The position numbers and the translations under genes were made by a program. Positions 36,909 to 46,208 of a stretch of DNA of 64,000 bases are shown in pieces (the stretch's first letter is position 1; the number at the start of each line of letters is the position of its first letter). The notes under the pieces were generated by a model that saw only the letters and a list, made by a program, of their open reading frames with translations, was not told the DNA's origin and made no database searches. Source of the stretch: Clostridia bacterium (GTDB lineage: Bacteria; Bacillota; Clostridia; Christensenellales; Aristaeellaceae); assembly GCA_017465155.1 (NCBI GenBank), contig JAFTWV010000012.1, positions 3,994 to 67,993 of the forward strand, given 5' to 3'.

Positions 36909-37667
36909 TCATACCACATCATAGACCATTTTGGCAAGCAGCAGCGCCAGAACGATGAGCATCACCACGCGGATAAAGCCTGCGCCGCGCTTCATGGTCA
37001 TTCCTGCGCCCAGCCAGTTGCCCGCAATGCCGCAAAGTGCCGCCGGAAGCCCCAACGCCACTGCCACCTGCCCGGAAAGAAGCAGCGATACAAGCGACGC
37101 AAGGTTACTGGTCAGGTTGACAATCTTGGCCGTGCCGCTGGCAAGGACAGCCTCCATGCCCAGCAGCATCGTAAACATCAGGATCAGGAAGGTACCCGTT
37201 CCCGGGCCAATGAGTCCGTCATAAAAGCCGATCAGCAGGCCCACCAGAAAAGCGACCGCCCTGGTCCAGCCCTCCGGCACGATGCAGCGGCCTGCCGTAT
37301 CGCCGCTGCGGCGCAGCACCACGCAGGCTACCACCGGAATCGCAACGATCATCAGCAGACGGACCATCGTCTCCGGGATGTGCAGCAGCAGCTGCGTGCC
37401 CAGCCAGCTGCCGGGAAACGCGCCCAGCGCCGCCAGCAGTCCCGTACTCCAAACGACCTTGCGTCCCCTGACAAAGCGGGTCGTGGACGCAACCGTCCCC
37501 AGGCACGCCGAGAGCTTATTCGTCCCTGCAGCCAGCACCGGCGGAAGCCCTGCCAGATAGTATGCCGGAAGGGAAATCAATCCGCCGCCGCCCGCGATGG
37601 AATCAATGAATCCCGCCAGAAACACCAGCGGACAGACAATGGCATAGGTCTGCCAGGTCAGCTCCAT
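36909..37667 (-). CDS. TauE/SafE (TSUP) family anion exporter
   Basis: 252 aa with about 8 TM helices and paired GGGG/PG motifs (SIAGGGGLISLPAY). Confidence 0.8.
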   Translation of the reverse strand: MELTWQTYAIVCPLVFLAGFIDSIAGGGGLISLPAYYLAGLPPVLAAGTNKLSACLGTVASTTRFVRGRKVVWSTGLLAALGAFPGSWLGTQLLLHIPETMVRLLMIVAIPVVACVVLRRSGDTAGRCIVPEGWTRAVAFLVGLLIGFYDGLIGPGTGTFLILMFTMLLGMEAVLASGTAKIVNLTSNLASLVSLLLSGQVAVALGLPAALCGIAGNWLGAGMTMKRGAGFIRVVMLIVLALLLAKMVYDVV

Positions 37668-37745
37668 GTTGAAAACCTGCCTTTCGTATAAACGGGGAAA
37701 ACGGAGCGCAATTTCCTCTGCGCTCCGCTTGCAATATGTAGTTCC

Positions 37746-39065
37746 TTACTGCACAAACGCACCGTAAATCGCCTTGATGGTCTGGGCGTAATCCGCGTCG
37801 TCCACACCCACGATAATGGACAGCTCGCTGGAGCCCTGATCAATCATGCGGACGTTGATGCCCTCCTTGGACATGGCACTGAACAGACGTGCAGCCGTAC
37901 CGCAGTTGTGCACCATGCCGCGGCCGACGGTCGCGATGATGGACATGTTGTCGTGCACAGTGATGGTATCAGGATTGGTGGTACGGACAATCTGAGCAAG
38001 CACCTGCTCGCGCACGGGTGCCAGTGCTTCCTCCGCCACCACGACGCACATGGTATCAATACCGGTGGGCAGATGCTCAATGGACACGCCGTACTGCTCA
38101 AAGGCACTGAGCACCTTTCGGGAGAAGCCCAGCTCGGTATTCATCATTGCCTTGGCAACGCTCACAACCGAGAAGCCCTTGCGGCCCGCAATGCCCGTGA
38201 TGGTAGGATGAGCAGCGTCAAAGGGAGCGTCGAGACTGATGATGGTGCCGGGATGCGTGGGATTGTTGGTATTGCGGATGTTGGTGGGGATGCCCGCCTT
38301 ATGCACGGGGAACATCGCGTCCTCATGCAGGACAGACGCGCCCATGTAGCTCAGCTCGCGCAGCTCCATATAGGTGATGGAGCTGATCTCGCGGGGATTA
38401 TCCACAATGCGGGGATCAGCCATCAGGAAGCCCGATACATCCGTCCAGTTCTCATAAACGGACGCATTGACCGCGCGGGCCACGATCGCGCCGGTGATAT
38501 CAGAGCCGCCGCGGGAGAACGTACGCACCGTACCATCATAATAGCTGCCGAAGAAGCCGGGCACCACCGTCGGAACGCCGTCAGCCAGGCGCTCACTCAT
38601 CAGCCGGTTGGTCAGCTCAGCATCCAGCATGCCCTTCTCGTTGAACTTGATGACCTCGGCGCTGTCCAGGAAACGCCAGCCCATGTAATCCGCCAGCAGC
38701 AGGCCGTTGAGGTATTCGCCGCGGGAGGCGCAGTAATCCGCATTGGCGCCGGCAGCGATCTTCTCGTTCACTTCGTCCAGCGCCGCACCCAGATCGACTG
38801 TCAGGCCGAGCTCCTCGGCAATATCCATATAGCGTGCAGCGATCAGGTCGAACGTCTCCTGATAATCATCGCCCGCAGAAGCCAGACGATGACACTTGTA
38901 CAGCAGATCGGTGACCTTATCATCCTCCTTGAAGCGACGACCGGGCGCAGAAGGCACGACATACTGACGCGCCGCGTCAAGCAGCAGAATTTCCTTGACC
39001 TTGACAAACTGGCCTGCATCCGCCAGAGAGCTGCCGCCGAACTTCGTTACGATCTTTTTCATCAT
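37746..39065 (-). CDS. Aspartate kinase
   Basis: MMKKIVTKFGGSSL start, an amino-acid kinase fold and two C-terminal ACT domains. GGAGGG RBS. Confidence 0.9.
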   Translation of the reverse strand: MMKKIVTKFGGSSLADAGQFVKVKEILLLDAARQYVVPSAPGRRFKEDDKVTDLLYKCHRLASAGDDYQETFDLIAARYMDIAEELGLTVDLGAALDEVNEKIAAGANADYCASRGEYLNGLLLADYMGWRFLDSAEVIKFNEKGMLDAELTNRLMSERLADGVPTVVPGFFGSYYDGTVRTFSRGGSDITGAIVARAVNASVYENWTDVSGFLMADPRIVDNPREISSITYMELRELSYMGASVLHEDAMFPVHKAGIPTNIRNTNNPTHPGTIISLDAPFDAAHPTITGIAGRKGFSVVSVAKAMMNTELGFSRKVLSAFEQYGVSIEHLPTGIDTMCVVVAEEALAPVREQVLAQIVRTTNPDTITVHDNMSIIATVGRGMVHNCGTAARLFSAMSKEGINVRMIDQGSSELSIIVGVDDADYAQTIKAIYGAFVQ

Positions 39066-39102
39066 GGATCCCTCCATCAATTTCAAAAAACAACCGTGCA
39101 AC

Positions 39103-39131
39103 ATCATACAGGGCAAAAACGCGCTTGTCAA
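39103..39131 (-). promoter_or_regulatory. Sigma-A promoter for aspartate kinase
   Basis: On the minus strand: TTGACA, a 17-nt spacer, then TATGAT. The leader is only about 35-40 nt. Confidence 0.6.
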
Positions 39132-39175
39132 CGGTTTCGCTGTGAAAAAAACGCGAAAAATCCAGAAGCACGGTA

Positions 39176-39207
39176 TAAAAGCATACAGGACAGGTTTCCC
39201 TGTCCTG
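39176..39207 (-). terminator. Intrinsic terminator after the PIG-L gene
   Basis: On the minus strand: CAGGACAGG-gaaa-CCTGTCCTG, followed by TATGCTTTTA. Confidence 0.65.
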
Positions 39208-39224
39208 CAGCAGCTTATTCACAA

Positions 39225-40391
39225 TCAGTTTTCGGGGATGTTTTCAAACATGTCGTTCTTCTCCACGTCCGGGCCGACATTGGTGCGCCACAGACCAAAG
39301 AGCGTGTTGTCGTATTCATGGGCGCGATCCATCCGCCAGCCGATGTTCAGCTGGGAGATGTGACAGTCCAGCGCGATGGTGGCCACCTCGATGCCTGTCT
39401 TGCCGTCAAAGGCAGAAAGGGGCTGAGACCAGTCCATCTTGATCTGGTTCTGGCTGTACAGGTGGATATAGGTCTTGGGCACCTCCCACACGCCCCACTT
39501 CTTGGCGGAAGCGGCATGCTCCGCCGCATTGCCCGCACGCTCTACCGCCTGACGTCCCAGCCAGGAGAACGTCACATGCGCCGTATGCCCGTATTCACCG
39601 TCGATATCATGGAGCACCACCACATCCGGCTTGTACTGCCGCAGCAGCTCCACTGTGCGGTTCTCGGGGTCTCGCCCCTTCTGCCGCCAGACCTTCATAA
39701 TCTGGTTCATGGAGTTGCTCTGATTGGGATACCCCAGCAGCACGGGGTAGATATCCACGCCGCAGGTCCACAGTGCATCCAGCAGCTCCAGACGGCGTAC
39801 ATAGTCGCTGTACACAGCATTGACCACCAGCACATCCTTGCCCAGCTCGCCCTCATACAAGGGCAGCAAACCGCCAAACCACAGCACCTCGTCGTCCGGA
39901 TGGGTGGAGAAAAGCATCATGTCAACCTTCTCCGGCGCATCCTTCCAGACCTGCACGTAGTCAGGCGCTTCGCCTTCTGTCAGGACAGTAATCTCGCTGA
40001 TCTGCATCGAGCCGCTTTTGGGCGAAATACGCAGCGACGCCAGCGGTTCATCCAACGTGATATACTGCGCGGCGTAGTTGGGGCCGTCCCGCTTGACCTC
40101 GATCCACTTGCTGCCCTGCTGGGTCTTGATGATCACCTCGGGCGGCGAAATCGTACGCCATTTGAGCAGCACGCTGCCGATCGTCTTGCCGGCGGGCGCG
40201 CTGATGGTCACAGCGCTGCCTTCGTAAATGCTGCGGTAGCTGTTATCGCGCATCTTGTCCGGCGTAACGGAATTGTAGGTCTGGTTGTTGATCACGCACT
40301 CATTGGTAATGTCCTCCGCCATTTCGCCCAGCGCCATACAGGGCAGGAGCAGCAGAAGCGCCAGCATTACCAGCAAAGTCATTCGCTTCAT
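39225..40391 (-). CDS. Secreted PIG-L/LmbE family deacetylase with an N-terminal beta-sandwich domain
   Basis: Signal peptide, HPDDE motif (LFSTHPDDEVLWFGG) and HDIDGEYGHTAH metal site. Confidence 0.8.
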   Translation of the reverse strand: MKRMTLLVMLALLLLLPCMALGEMAEDITNECVINNQTYNSVTPDKMRDNSYRSIYEGSAVTISAPAGKTIGSVLLKWRTISPPEVIIKTQQGSKWIEVKRDGPNYAAQYITLDEPLASLRISPKSGSMQISEITVLTEGEAPDYVQVWKDAPEKVDMMLFSTHPDDEVLWFGGLLPLYEGELGKDVLVVNAVYSDYVRRLELLDALWTCGVDIYPVLLGYPNQSNSMNQIMKVWRQKGRDPENRTVELLRQYKPDVVVLHDIDGEYGHTAHVTFSWLGRQAVERAGNAAEHAASAKKWGVWEVPKTYIHLYSQNQIKMDWSQPLSAFDGKTGIEVATIALDCHISQLNIGWRMDRAHEYDNTLFGLWRTNVGPDVEKNDMFENIPEN

Positions 40392-40416
40392 CAGTTTGTT
40401 TCCTCCATCATTCATG

Positions 40417-42648
40417 TCATCGCGGGAGCAATGCTGCAACCTGCTGCAGCCGCTGGGACAGTGTGGTATATCGCTTCAGAATATGATCGTTCTCCACCAT
40501 CAGGCGGACAACATCTTCCCTGCCCACAAGCACCACCAAAGACCGTGCACGGGTCAGGGCTGTATAAAACAGATTGCGTGTCAGGAGCATCGGAGGACCG
40601 CCCACCACAGGCATCACCACCACCGGGAACTCGCTGCCCTGACTTTTGTGGACGCTCAGGCAATATGCCAGGTCAAGATTTTCAAGCTGCTGGGCCGTAT
40701 AAACGGCATCCTTTTCCTCGTCAAAACGGACGGTCAGCGCATGCTCTTCAATATCCACATCCGTGATAAAGCCCACGTCGCCGTTGAATACGCCGGTTCC
40801 GTCCTCCCAGCCGGCGGCTGTCTCGCGCCTCCATTCCAGCTGGTAGTCGTTCTTGGTCTGCATAACCTTGTCGCCCAGACGAAAGATCGTCTCGCCGTAC
40901 TGCAGGGAGGGCTTGTCCCTTCCGGGAGGGTTGAGGGCCTGCTGCAGCATCTGGTTGAGGATGATCACCCCGCATTCACCCTTCTTTGCCGGCGCCAGCA
41001 CCTGAATGCTGCGTATGGCCATAGCCGCCGTCTCATCAGGCGCATACTTCAGGAATTTCGGCAGCCGCTGCGTCACCAGCGACACGATGGTCGACGCAGC
41101 CTCGTTAAACTGGTACTTCCGTTCGAAGAAGAAATCCGTCCCCTTTTCGTTGAGAAGGGGCATTTCTCCATGGTTGATGCGGTGCGCGTTGACGACAATC
41201 CGGCTCGTCTCACCCTGCCGGAAGATGTCCGTCAGCATACAGGCCGGTACCGCTCCGCTTTGCAGGATGTCTCCCAGCACATTGCCCGCGCCGACGGAAG
41301 GCAGCTGGTCTGCATCGCCCACGAGGATCAGGCGCGTGCCGGGCTCAATGGCCCTAAGGAGAGAGCGCATCAGCAGCATGTCCACCATGGACACCTCGTC
41401 AACGATCACGCAGTCGCCCTCGATGGGATTCTCCTGATTGCGGGCGAACTGCCCTTCATCACCGCCATATTCCAGCAGACGGTGAATGGTCTTGGCCTCC
41501 ACGCCCGTTGCTTCCGTCATTCGCTTTGCCGCACGGCCCGTGGGCGCGCACAGCACCACCTCGCCCTCGCGGGCCAGCAGGCTGATGATGCAGTTGATAA
41601 TGGTTGTCTTGCCCGTGCCGGGGCCGCCGGTGATCACCAGCACGCCCTGCTCCAGCGCAGCAAGGATGGCCTCACGCTGCCGCTGACTGAAGCGGATGCC
41701 GCGCGTGCGCTCAAAGCAGTCGATGTCTTCGTCCGCGCCCGCGCTCCTACACGGCGCCAATGCCGCCATCAGCTCGCACAGCCGGGTGGCAACCTCCCTT
41801 TCTGCACTGTCAAACTGCGGCAGGTAGATTCTCTCCGCGCCTTCGTCACCTGCCTGCACCAGCTCGCGCAGCAGACACATACGGATCAGCTGATGCTCAA
41901 TCAGATCCCCTTCCACCCGCAGCAGCTGGCTGGCACGGCTCACCAGCTCCTGTCGGGGCAGGTACACATGCCCCTGTGACGCAGCGGTTTCCTTCAATAC
42001 ATATTTAAGCGCTGACACGATGCGTCCCTCGCTGTCCGGCGGTACGCCCAGCGCCGTTCCGATGCGGTCTGCCGTCAGGAAGCCCACGCCCTCCAGCTCC
42101 TCGCAGAGCCGGTACGGATTTTCCCGGATCACCGCAGGGGTACGCTCTCCATAGAGCTTGCTGATCTTGACCGCCATCGTCGCCGGAATACCATAGGACT
42201 GCAGGAACACCATCGCTTCCCGGGCGCCCTGCTGTTCCCGGTAGCTTTCGGCAATCTGCTTCCAGCGTTTCCGGCCCATCTTGGGCACCTCCTGCAGCCG
42301 CTCCGGGTGTTCGGACAGGATGGTCAGCGTCTCCTCGCCAAAGTGGGCGACAATCATCTTCGCCGTGCTGGGGCCCACACCGTGGATCAGTCCGCTGCCC
42401 AGATAGCGCTCGATGCCCAGCAGCGTCGTGGGCTTTTGCAGCACGCAGCCGGTGCATCTGAGCTGCCGGCCATACTGCGGGTGCTCCGTCCATTCGCCGG
42501 AAAAGACGGCCTGCTCTCCCGGCGAAAGCTCCGGCAGCGTTCCCACGATGGTGATCTCCCGCCGGCCCTCCCGTGCCGTCAGGACAGAATAGCCATTTTC
42601 CTCGTTCCGGTAGATCGTTCCCAGGACGCTTGCCTCCACCTGCTCCAT
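40417..42648 (-). CDS. recD2: RecD2-type SF1B ATP-dependent DNA helicase
   Basis: N-terminal HhH/OB region, Walker A GGPGTGKT, DEVSMVD and LVGDADQLPSVGAG motifs, and the C-terminal SVHKSQGSEF motif. Confidence 0.9.
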   Translation of the reverse strand: MEQVEASVLGTIYRNEENGYSVLTAREGRREITIVGTLPELSPGEQAVFSGEWTEHPQYGRQLRCTGCVLQKPTTLLGIERYLGSGLIHGVGPSTAKMIVAHFGEETLTILSEHPERLQEVPKMGRKRWKQIAESYREQQGAREAMVFLQSYGIPATMAVKISKLYGERTPAVIRENPYRLCEELEGVGFLTADRIGTALGVPPDSEGRIVSALKYVLKETAASQGHVYLPRQELVSRASQLLRVEGDLIEHQLIRMCLLRELVQAGDEGAERIYLPQFDSAEREVATRLCELMAALAPCRSAGADEDIDCFERTRGIRFSQRQREAILAALEQGVLVITGGPGTGKTTIINCIISLLAREGEVVLCAPTGRAAKRMTEATGVEAKTIHRLLEYGGDEGQFARNQENPIEGDCVIVDEVSMVDMLLMRSLLRAIEPGTRLILVGDADQLPSVGAGNVLGDILQSGAVPACMLTDIFRQGETSRIVVNAHRINHGEMPLLNEKGTDFFFERKYQFNEAASTIVSLVTQRLPKFLKYAPDETAAMAIRSIQVLAPAKKGECGVIILNQMLQQALNPPGRDKPSLQYGETIFRLGDKVMQTKNDYQLEWRRETAAGWEDGTGVFNGDVGFITDVDIEEHALTVRFDEEKDAVYTAQQLENLDLAYCLSVHKSQGSEFPVVVMPVVGGPPMLLTRNLFYTALTRARSLVVLVGREDVVRLMVENDHILKRYTTLSQRLQQVAALLPR

Positions 42649-42786
42649 GCCGTCACCTCCCTGCCGGATTTCTCCGCAAAACTTTTTTCATAGATTTATT
42701 TAGTATATCACTGTTTTGCCCAAAATGGAATGCCCTTTTTACGCCGACGTTCACAGACCTATTAAAAATTCTTTATCATCTGCCCC

Positions 42787-42815
42787 TTGCATTTTTCTTA
42801 GAAAAATAGTATACT
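42787..42815 (+). promoter_or_regulatory. Sigma-A promoter
   Basis: TTGCAT, a 17-nt spacer, then TATACT, within an AT-rich intergenic region upstream of 42850. Confidence 0.6.
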
Positions 42816-42849
42816 TTACGCGTACCAAGAAATTAGGAGGTGCTTCCCA

Positions 42850-43077
42850 ATGAGGTCCGTAAACATCAAGCTGAATCTGATGACTGACGGCTCCAAGCTT
42901 GTGCAGATCGTCGGCGCCTACCCCTACGACATGGACCTGCGCAGCGGCCGCCACGTGGTTGACGCGAAGTCCATTCTGGGCATCTTCTCCCTGGACTGGT
43001 CCAAGCCTGTGACCATGGAGATCTACTCCGAAGACTGCGACGACCTGCTGAACGAGCTCAAGCCTTTCATCGCCTGA
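42850..43077 (+). CDS. HPr-like small protein lacking the phospho-histidine site
   Basis: VDAKSILGIFSLDWSKPVTMEIYSEDCDDLLNELKPFI aligns by eye with the HPr segment KSIMGVMSLG...ITI.A.G.DE. The N-terminus has no GxHARPA motif. Confidence 0.6.
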   Translation: MRSVNIKLNLMTDGSKLVQIVGAYPYDMDLRSGRHVVDAKSILGIFSLDWSKPVTMEIYSEDCDDLLNELKPFIA

Positions 43078-43242
43078 TCTCGTCCCCATGCGGAACAGGA
43101 TCTGCTTCCTGTGACCGCCCATACTGAACGACATTCATCCTCTGTGCCTTGCGGCGCAGGGGATTTTCTTTGTGCCGGCAGGAATACGCGTCCGCGCGTC
43201 TAATCTAAAGAGGCAGAAACAAGATGGGAGCGTCATATCATT

Positions 43243-44010
43243 ATGGAACGCAAGCACATTCCCGAAACGGAAAACCGGCTCGTCATCCTTTATGCCCTGC
43301 GCCGCCTCGGGCCGGTAACCAACATGCAGCTGCTGCAGGCCATGGCCGAGAGCGACCTGATGAATTATATCACCATGCAGCTCGCGCTGGCTGAAATGGA
43401 GCAGCAGGGGCAGATCTCCATGCGTGCCCATCCTCTGGGACACCTGATCGAACTGACCGGCGAAGGAGATTACATTCTCGACAGCTTTGAGCGGCGCATT
43501 CCCGCCAGCCGCCGTGCCGTCATCGACGCCTGCGCAGATGAATGGAAGAAGCGCTTTCAGACCGAGCAGATGGCCCCGGCGGAATCCTTCACCCTTCCCG
43601 ACGGCCGCATGTGCATCCACCTGCGTCTGCTGGACAAAGCTGCAACCCTCATGGATCTGATGCTCTACATGCCGACAGGCCATCACCTGACGCTCCTGCC
43701 CGAGCGCTGGCGCAGCTGCGTGCAGATCATATACAGCACGGTGCTGGCGCATCTGACCTCTGCCTATGATCCGTCGCTGCCCATGCCGACGCTCTCCAGC
43801 CCGGATGCAGTGCGGCAGTGCGGCGTGGACGACTGGCTCCTGACCCTGACGGATGATCCTGTCACCCCTTCCATTGATCTGATGATGTCCCTGCCTGATG
43901 AGCATCTTGCCCGCTGCAGCGCCGCGCGCTGGCCCGATGTATGCGCCGATATACGGGCTTTCGTCCTCGAAGCCCTGAACGACGCACTTCCCCACCAAGG
44001 AGGTTCATGA
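43243..44010 (+). CDS. DUF4364-like putative winged-helix regulator with C-terminal extension
   Basis: ENRLVILYALRRLGPVTNMQLLQAMAE... pattern. The assignment is tentative. Confidence 0.5.
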   Translation: MERKHIPETENRLVILYALRRLGPVTNMQLLQAMAESDLMNYITMQLALAEMEQQGQISMRAHPLGHLIELTGEGDYILDSFERRIPASRRAVIDACADEWKKRFQTEQMAPAESFTLPDGRMCIHLRLLDKAATLMDLMLYMPTGHHLTLLPERWRSCVQIIYSTVLAHLTSAYDPSLPMPTLSSPDAVRQCGVDDWLLTLTDDPVTPSIDLMMSLPDEHLARCSAARWPDVCADIRAFVLEALNDALPHQGGS

Positions 44011-46040
44011 TGATGAAGATGTTCCTGCTCTGCATCCTGCTTCTCTGCACGCTGACCAGCGTCGCCTGTGCCGAAGCGGACATTCCCTTCATTGCAAATT
44101 GGGGTACGCCTGTGGTGGACGCAGACACAGACAGCTGCTGGTCCGACACTCCGGAATACGATCTGGCCGCTGGCGGCTCCTCAGCAAAGATCCGCATCCT
44201 GTGGGACGACAAGGCCCTGTATCTTCTGGCTGTGGTTACAGACCCGACACTGGACGAAAGCGCTGCCGCCCCCTACATGCAGGACAGCGTCGAGCTCTTC
44301 CTTGACGAGCGCTGCAACCGGACCACCTATTATCAGCAGGATGACATGCACACCCGCGTGTCCTTCTCCAACTACCGAAGCGTGGACAGCGGCAGCGAGA
44401 GCCGCTGGTATACTGCCGCAAAGGTGACGGATACGGGCTATGCCGTCGAATGCGCATGGGAATGGGCGGTCATCAAGCCTGCAAACGGCCATGTGGTCGG
44501 CTTTGACGTACAGCTGAACGTCTGCCGGAACGGCCAGCGAAGTGCCGCGCCCTGCCTGCATGACACAACCGGTCTTGCATACCAGAACACAGCTCTCTTC
44601 GGCACATTGGAGCTGACAGGCCGCCCAGACGCCGCCCAGACTCCCGCATATCCCTATGCCCTGCGACTGGCCATCGAAAAGGCCGAGGCACGCGATCTGA
44701 CCCTGTATGTCAACGGCAGCAGCGTCGACGCGCCCCTTTCTGCTGCCAAAGCCCTCGCCTATGCTCCCGCCGCGTCGCAAGCCGAGCTTGACGCAGCCTT
44801 CACCGCTCTGTCAGATGCACTGAACAGCCTTGACGACGGCAGCCCCTATACCCCGCCGGAGCAGCTTCTTTACGTCGCCGCCCTGCCCGACCTGATGACA
44901 TTCGCCGACGGCACGCCTGTCCGGACGGCCGAAGACTGGGCCAAGCGGCGCGCGGAAATCAAGGGACTCTATGAATACTATATGTACGGTTACCTGCCCG
45001 ACGGCACGGGCGAAACCATCTCCTACACCATCAGTGACAGCCTGCTGACCATTCACGTCGAAAAAGACGGCAAAGCCGTGCAGCTGCACGTCCCCTTCCT
45101 GCTGCCGGAGGGCAATGCCCCCGAGGGCGGCTGGCCCTATTATGTTGAATACAGCTGGTGGGGCGTGAGCGATGTGGTAAAGTATGCTGTCAGCCGCGGC
45201 TATGCAGGCTTCGGCTATTCGCCCTACGCCGTTGCCTCGGATGACAGCAGCCGCACCGGCGCATTCTATACCCTGTACCCCTACGCAGAGCATTACAAGA
45301 CGCAGACCGGTGCGCTGGTCGCCTGGACCTGGGGCATATCGAAGATCATCGACGCGCTCGAGATGGGCGCAGGCGCCGAGCTGAATATCAATCCGGTATA
45401 CAGCCTTGTGGGCGGCGTGTCCCGCTTTGGCAAGTCTGTTGCGGTGGCCGGCGCATATGAGGAGCGGATCAAGGTGGTCATTCCTTCCTGCTCCGGCGCA
45501 GGCGGTCTGGGCATGCTGCGCTATTCCAGCGCCGGCAAAACCTATGATCTGACCAGCCTTGGCTACCGGAATGCCGACGGCAGCGGCCTGTGGACCAACG
45601 GAACCTGCGAAAGCTGGGGCAACATGCTGGCCGAAGGGGCATATCACTGGTACTGCGGCAACTTCCGCCGCTTCACCGACATGTATCAGACGCCCTTTGA
45701 CCAGCACATGCTCGCCGCCCTCACAGCCGACCCGGAGCGCCACATGATCATCATCACCGGCGTGCTGAGCGAGGAATGGAACAATGTCGAGGGACAGACG
45801 ATGGCCTTTGTCGGCGCACAGCCTGCCTGGGATGTTCTGGGCGCAGGCGACCAGAACAACATGATCGTCCATCTCTCCGGTCATGCCATCCTGAAAAGCG
45901 ACATGGAGCTGATCCTTGATTACTGCGACAAAGTCCTCTACGGCACAGAGCCCACCCGCGACCTGTCCGTCATGAAAACCAACGTCTTCATGGAGGACAG
46001 CAATGCCTCCATCCTGCTGAAGCAGCTGATGGCTAAATAA
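44007..46040 (+). CDS. Secreted CBM9-like module + CE15 glucuronoyl esterase
   Basis: Signal peptide. N-terminal CBM9-like segment (IRILWDDKALYLLAVVTD, DSVELFLDE). Catalytic region with GVSRFGKS, which matches the CE15 GCSRxGK nucleophile motif. ATGA overlap with the upstream stop. Confidence 0.65.
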   Translation: MMMKMFLLCILLLCTLTSVACAEADIPFIANWGTPVVDADTDSCWSDTPEYDLAAGGSSAKIRILWDDKALYLLAVVTDPTLDESAAAPYMQDSVELFLDERCNRTTYYQQDDMHTRVSFSNYRSVDSGSESRWYTAAKVTDTGYAVECAWEWAVIKPANGHVVGFDVQLNVCRNGQRSAAPCLHDTTGLAYQNTALFGTLELTGRPDAAQTPAYPYALRLAIEKAEARDLTLYVNGSSVDAPLSAAKALAYAPAASQAELDAAFTALSDALNSLDDGSPYTPPEQLLYVAALPDLMTFADGTPVRTAEDWAKRRAEIKGLYEYYMYGYLPDGTGETISYTISDSLLTIHVEKDGKAVQLHVPFLLPEGNAPEGGWPYYVEYSWWGVSDVVKYAVSRGYAGFGYSPYAVASDDSSRTGAFYTLYPYAEHYKTQTGALVAWTWGISKIIDALEMGAGAELNINPVYSLVGGVSRFGKSVAVAGAYEERIKVVIPSCSGAGGLGMLRYSSAGKTYDLTSLGYRNADGSGLWTNGTCESWGNMLAEGAYHWYCGNFRRFTDMYQTPFDQHMLAALTADPERHMIIITGVLSEEWNNVEGQTMAFVGAQPAWDVLGAGDQNNMIVHLSGHAILKSDMELILDYCDKVLYGTEPTRDLSVMKTNVFMEDSNASILLKQLMAK

Positions 46041-46055
46041 AACAGAAAGAACACA

Positions 46056-46071
46056 AAATTCACGAACATTT
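46056..46071 (+). promoter_or_regulatory. PurBox-like operator upstream of purR
   Basis: AAATTCACGAACATTT resembles the B. subtilis PurBox core (A)CACGAACATT(A). A weaker inverted copy (ATCATTCGCG, 46090-46099) lies 18 nt away. Confidence 0.45.
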
Positions 46072-46085
46072 CAGCAAAAAGCATC

Positions 46086-46114
46086 TTCCATCATTCGCGG
46101 ATTTGTGCTATAAT
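46086..46114 (+). promoter_or_regulatory. Candidate purR promoter (extended -10)
   Basis: TTCCAT, a 17-nt spacer, then TATAAT preceded by TGc. Confidence 0.5.
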
Positions 46115-46208
46115 GGGCAGGATTTATCCTGCAGGGACTTGACATCCCCGAAGGACAGACCGCCAAATCCCAATCCTGCACGCCACAGCACAAAAGGAGC
46201 GTATACCC

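Noticed and set aside
39066-39131. Lysine (L-box) riboswitch upstream of aspartate kinase.
   Set aside because: The TTGACA-17-TATGAT promoter leaves only about 35-40 nt of leader, which is far too short for an L-box. No conserved L-box elements were seen.
43135-43998. 287-aa minus-strand ORF opposite the DUF4364-like gene, and the 332-aa and 409-aa minus-strand ORFs opposite purR and lepB (46071-47069, 47122-48351).
   Set aside because: The plus-strand genes have recognisable families (PurR PRT motif, signal peptidase boxes) and proper RBS/terminators. The minus-strand translations are low-complexity shadow products.
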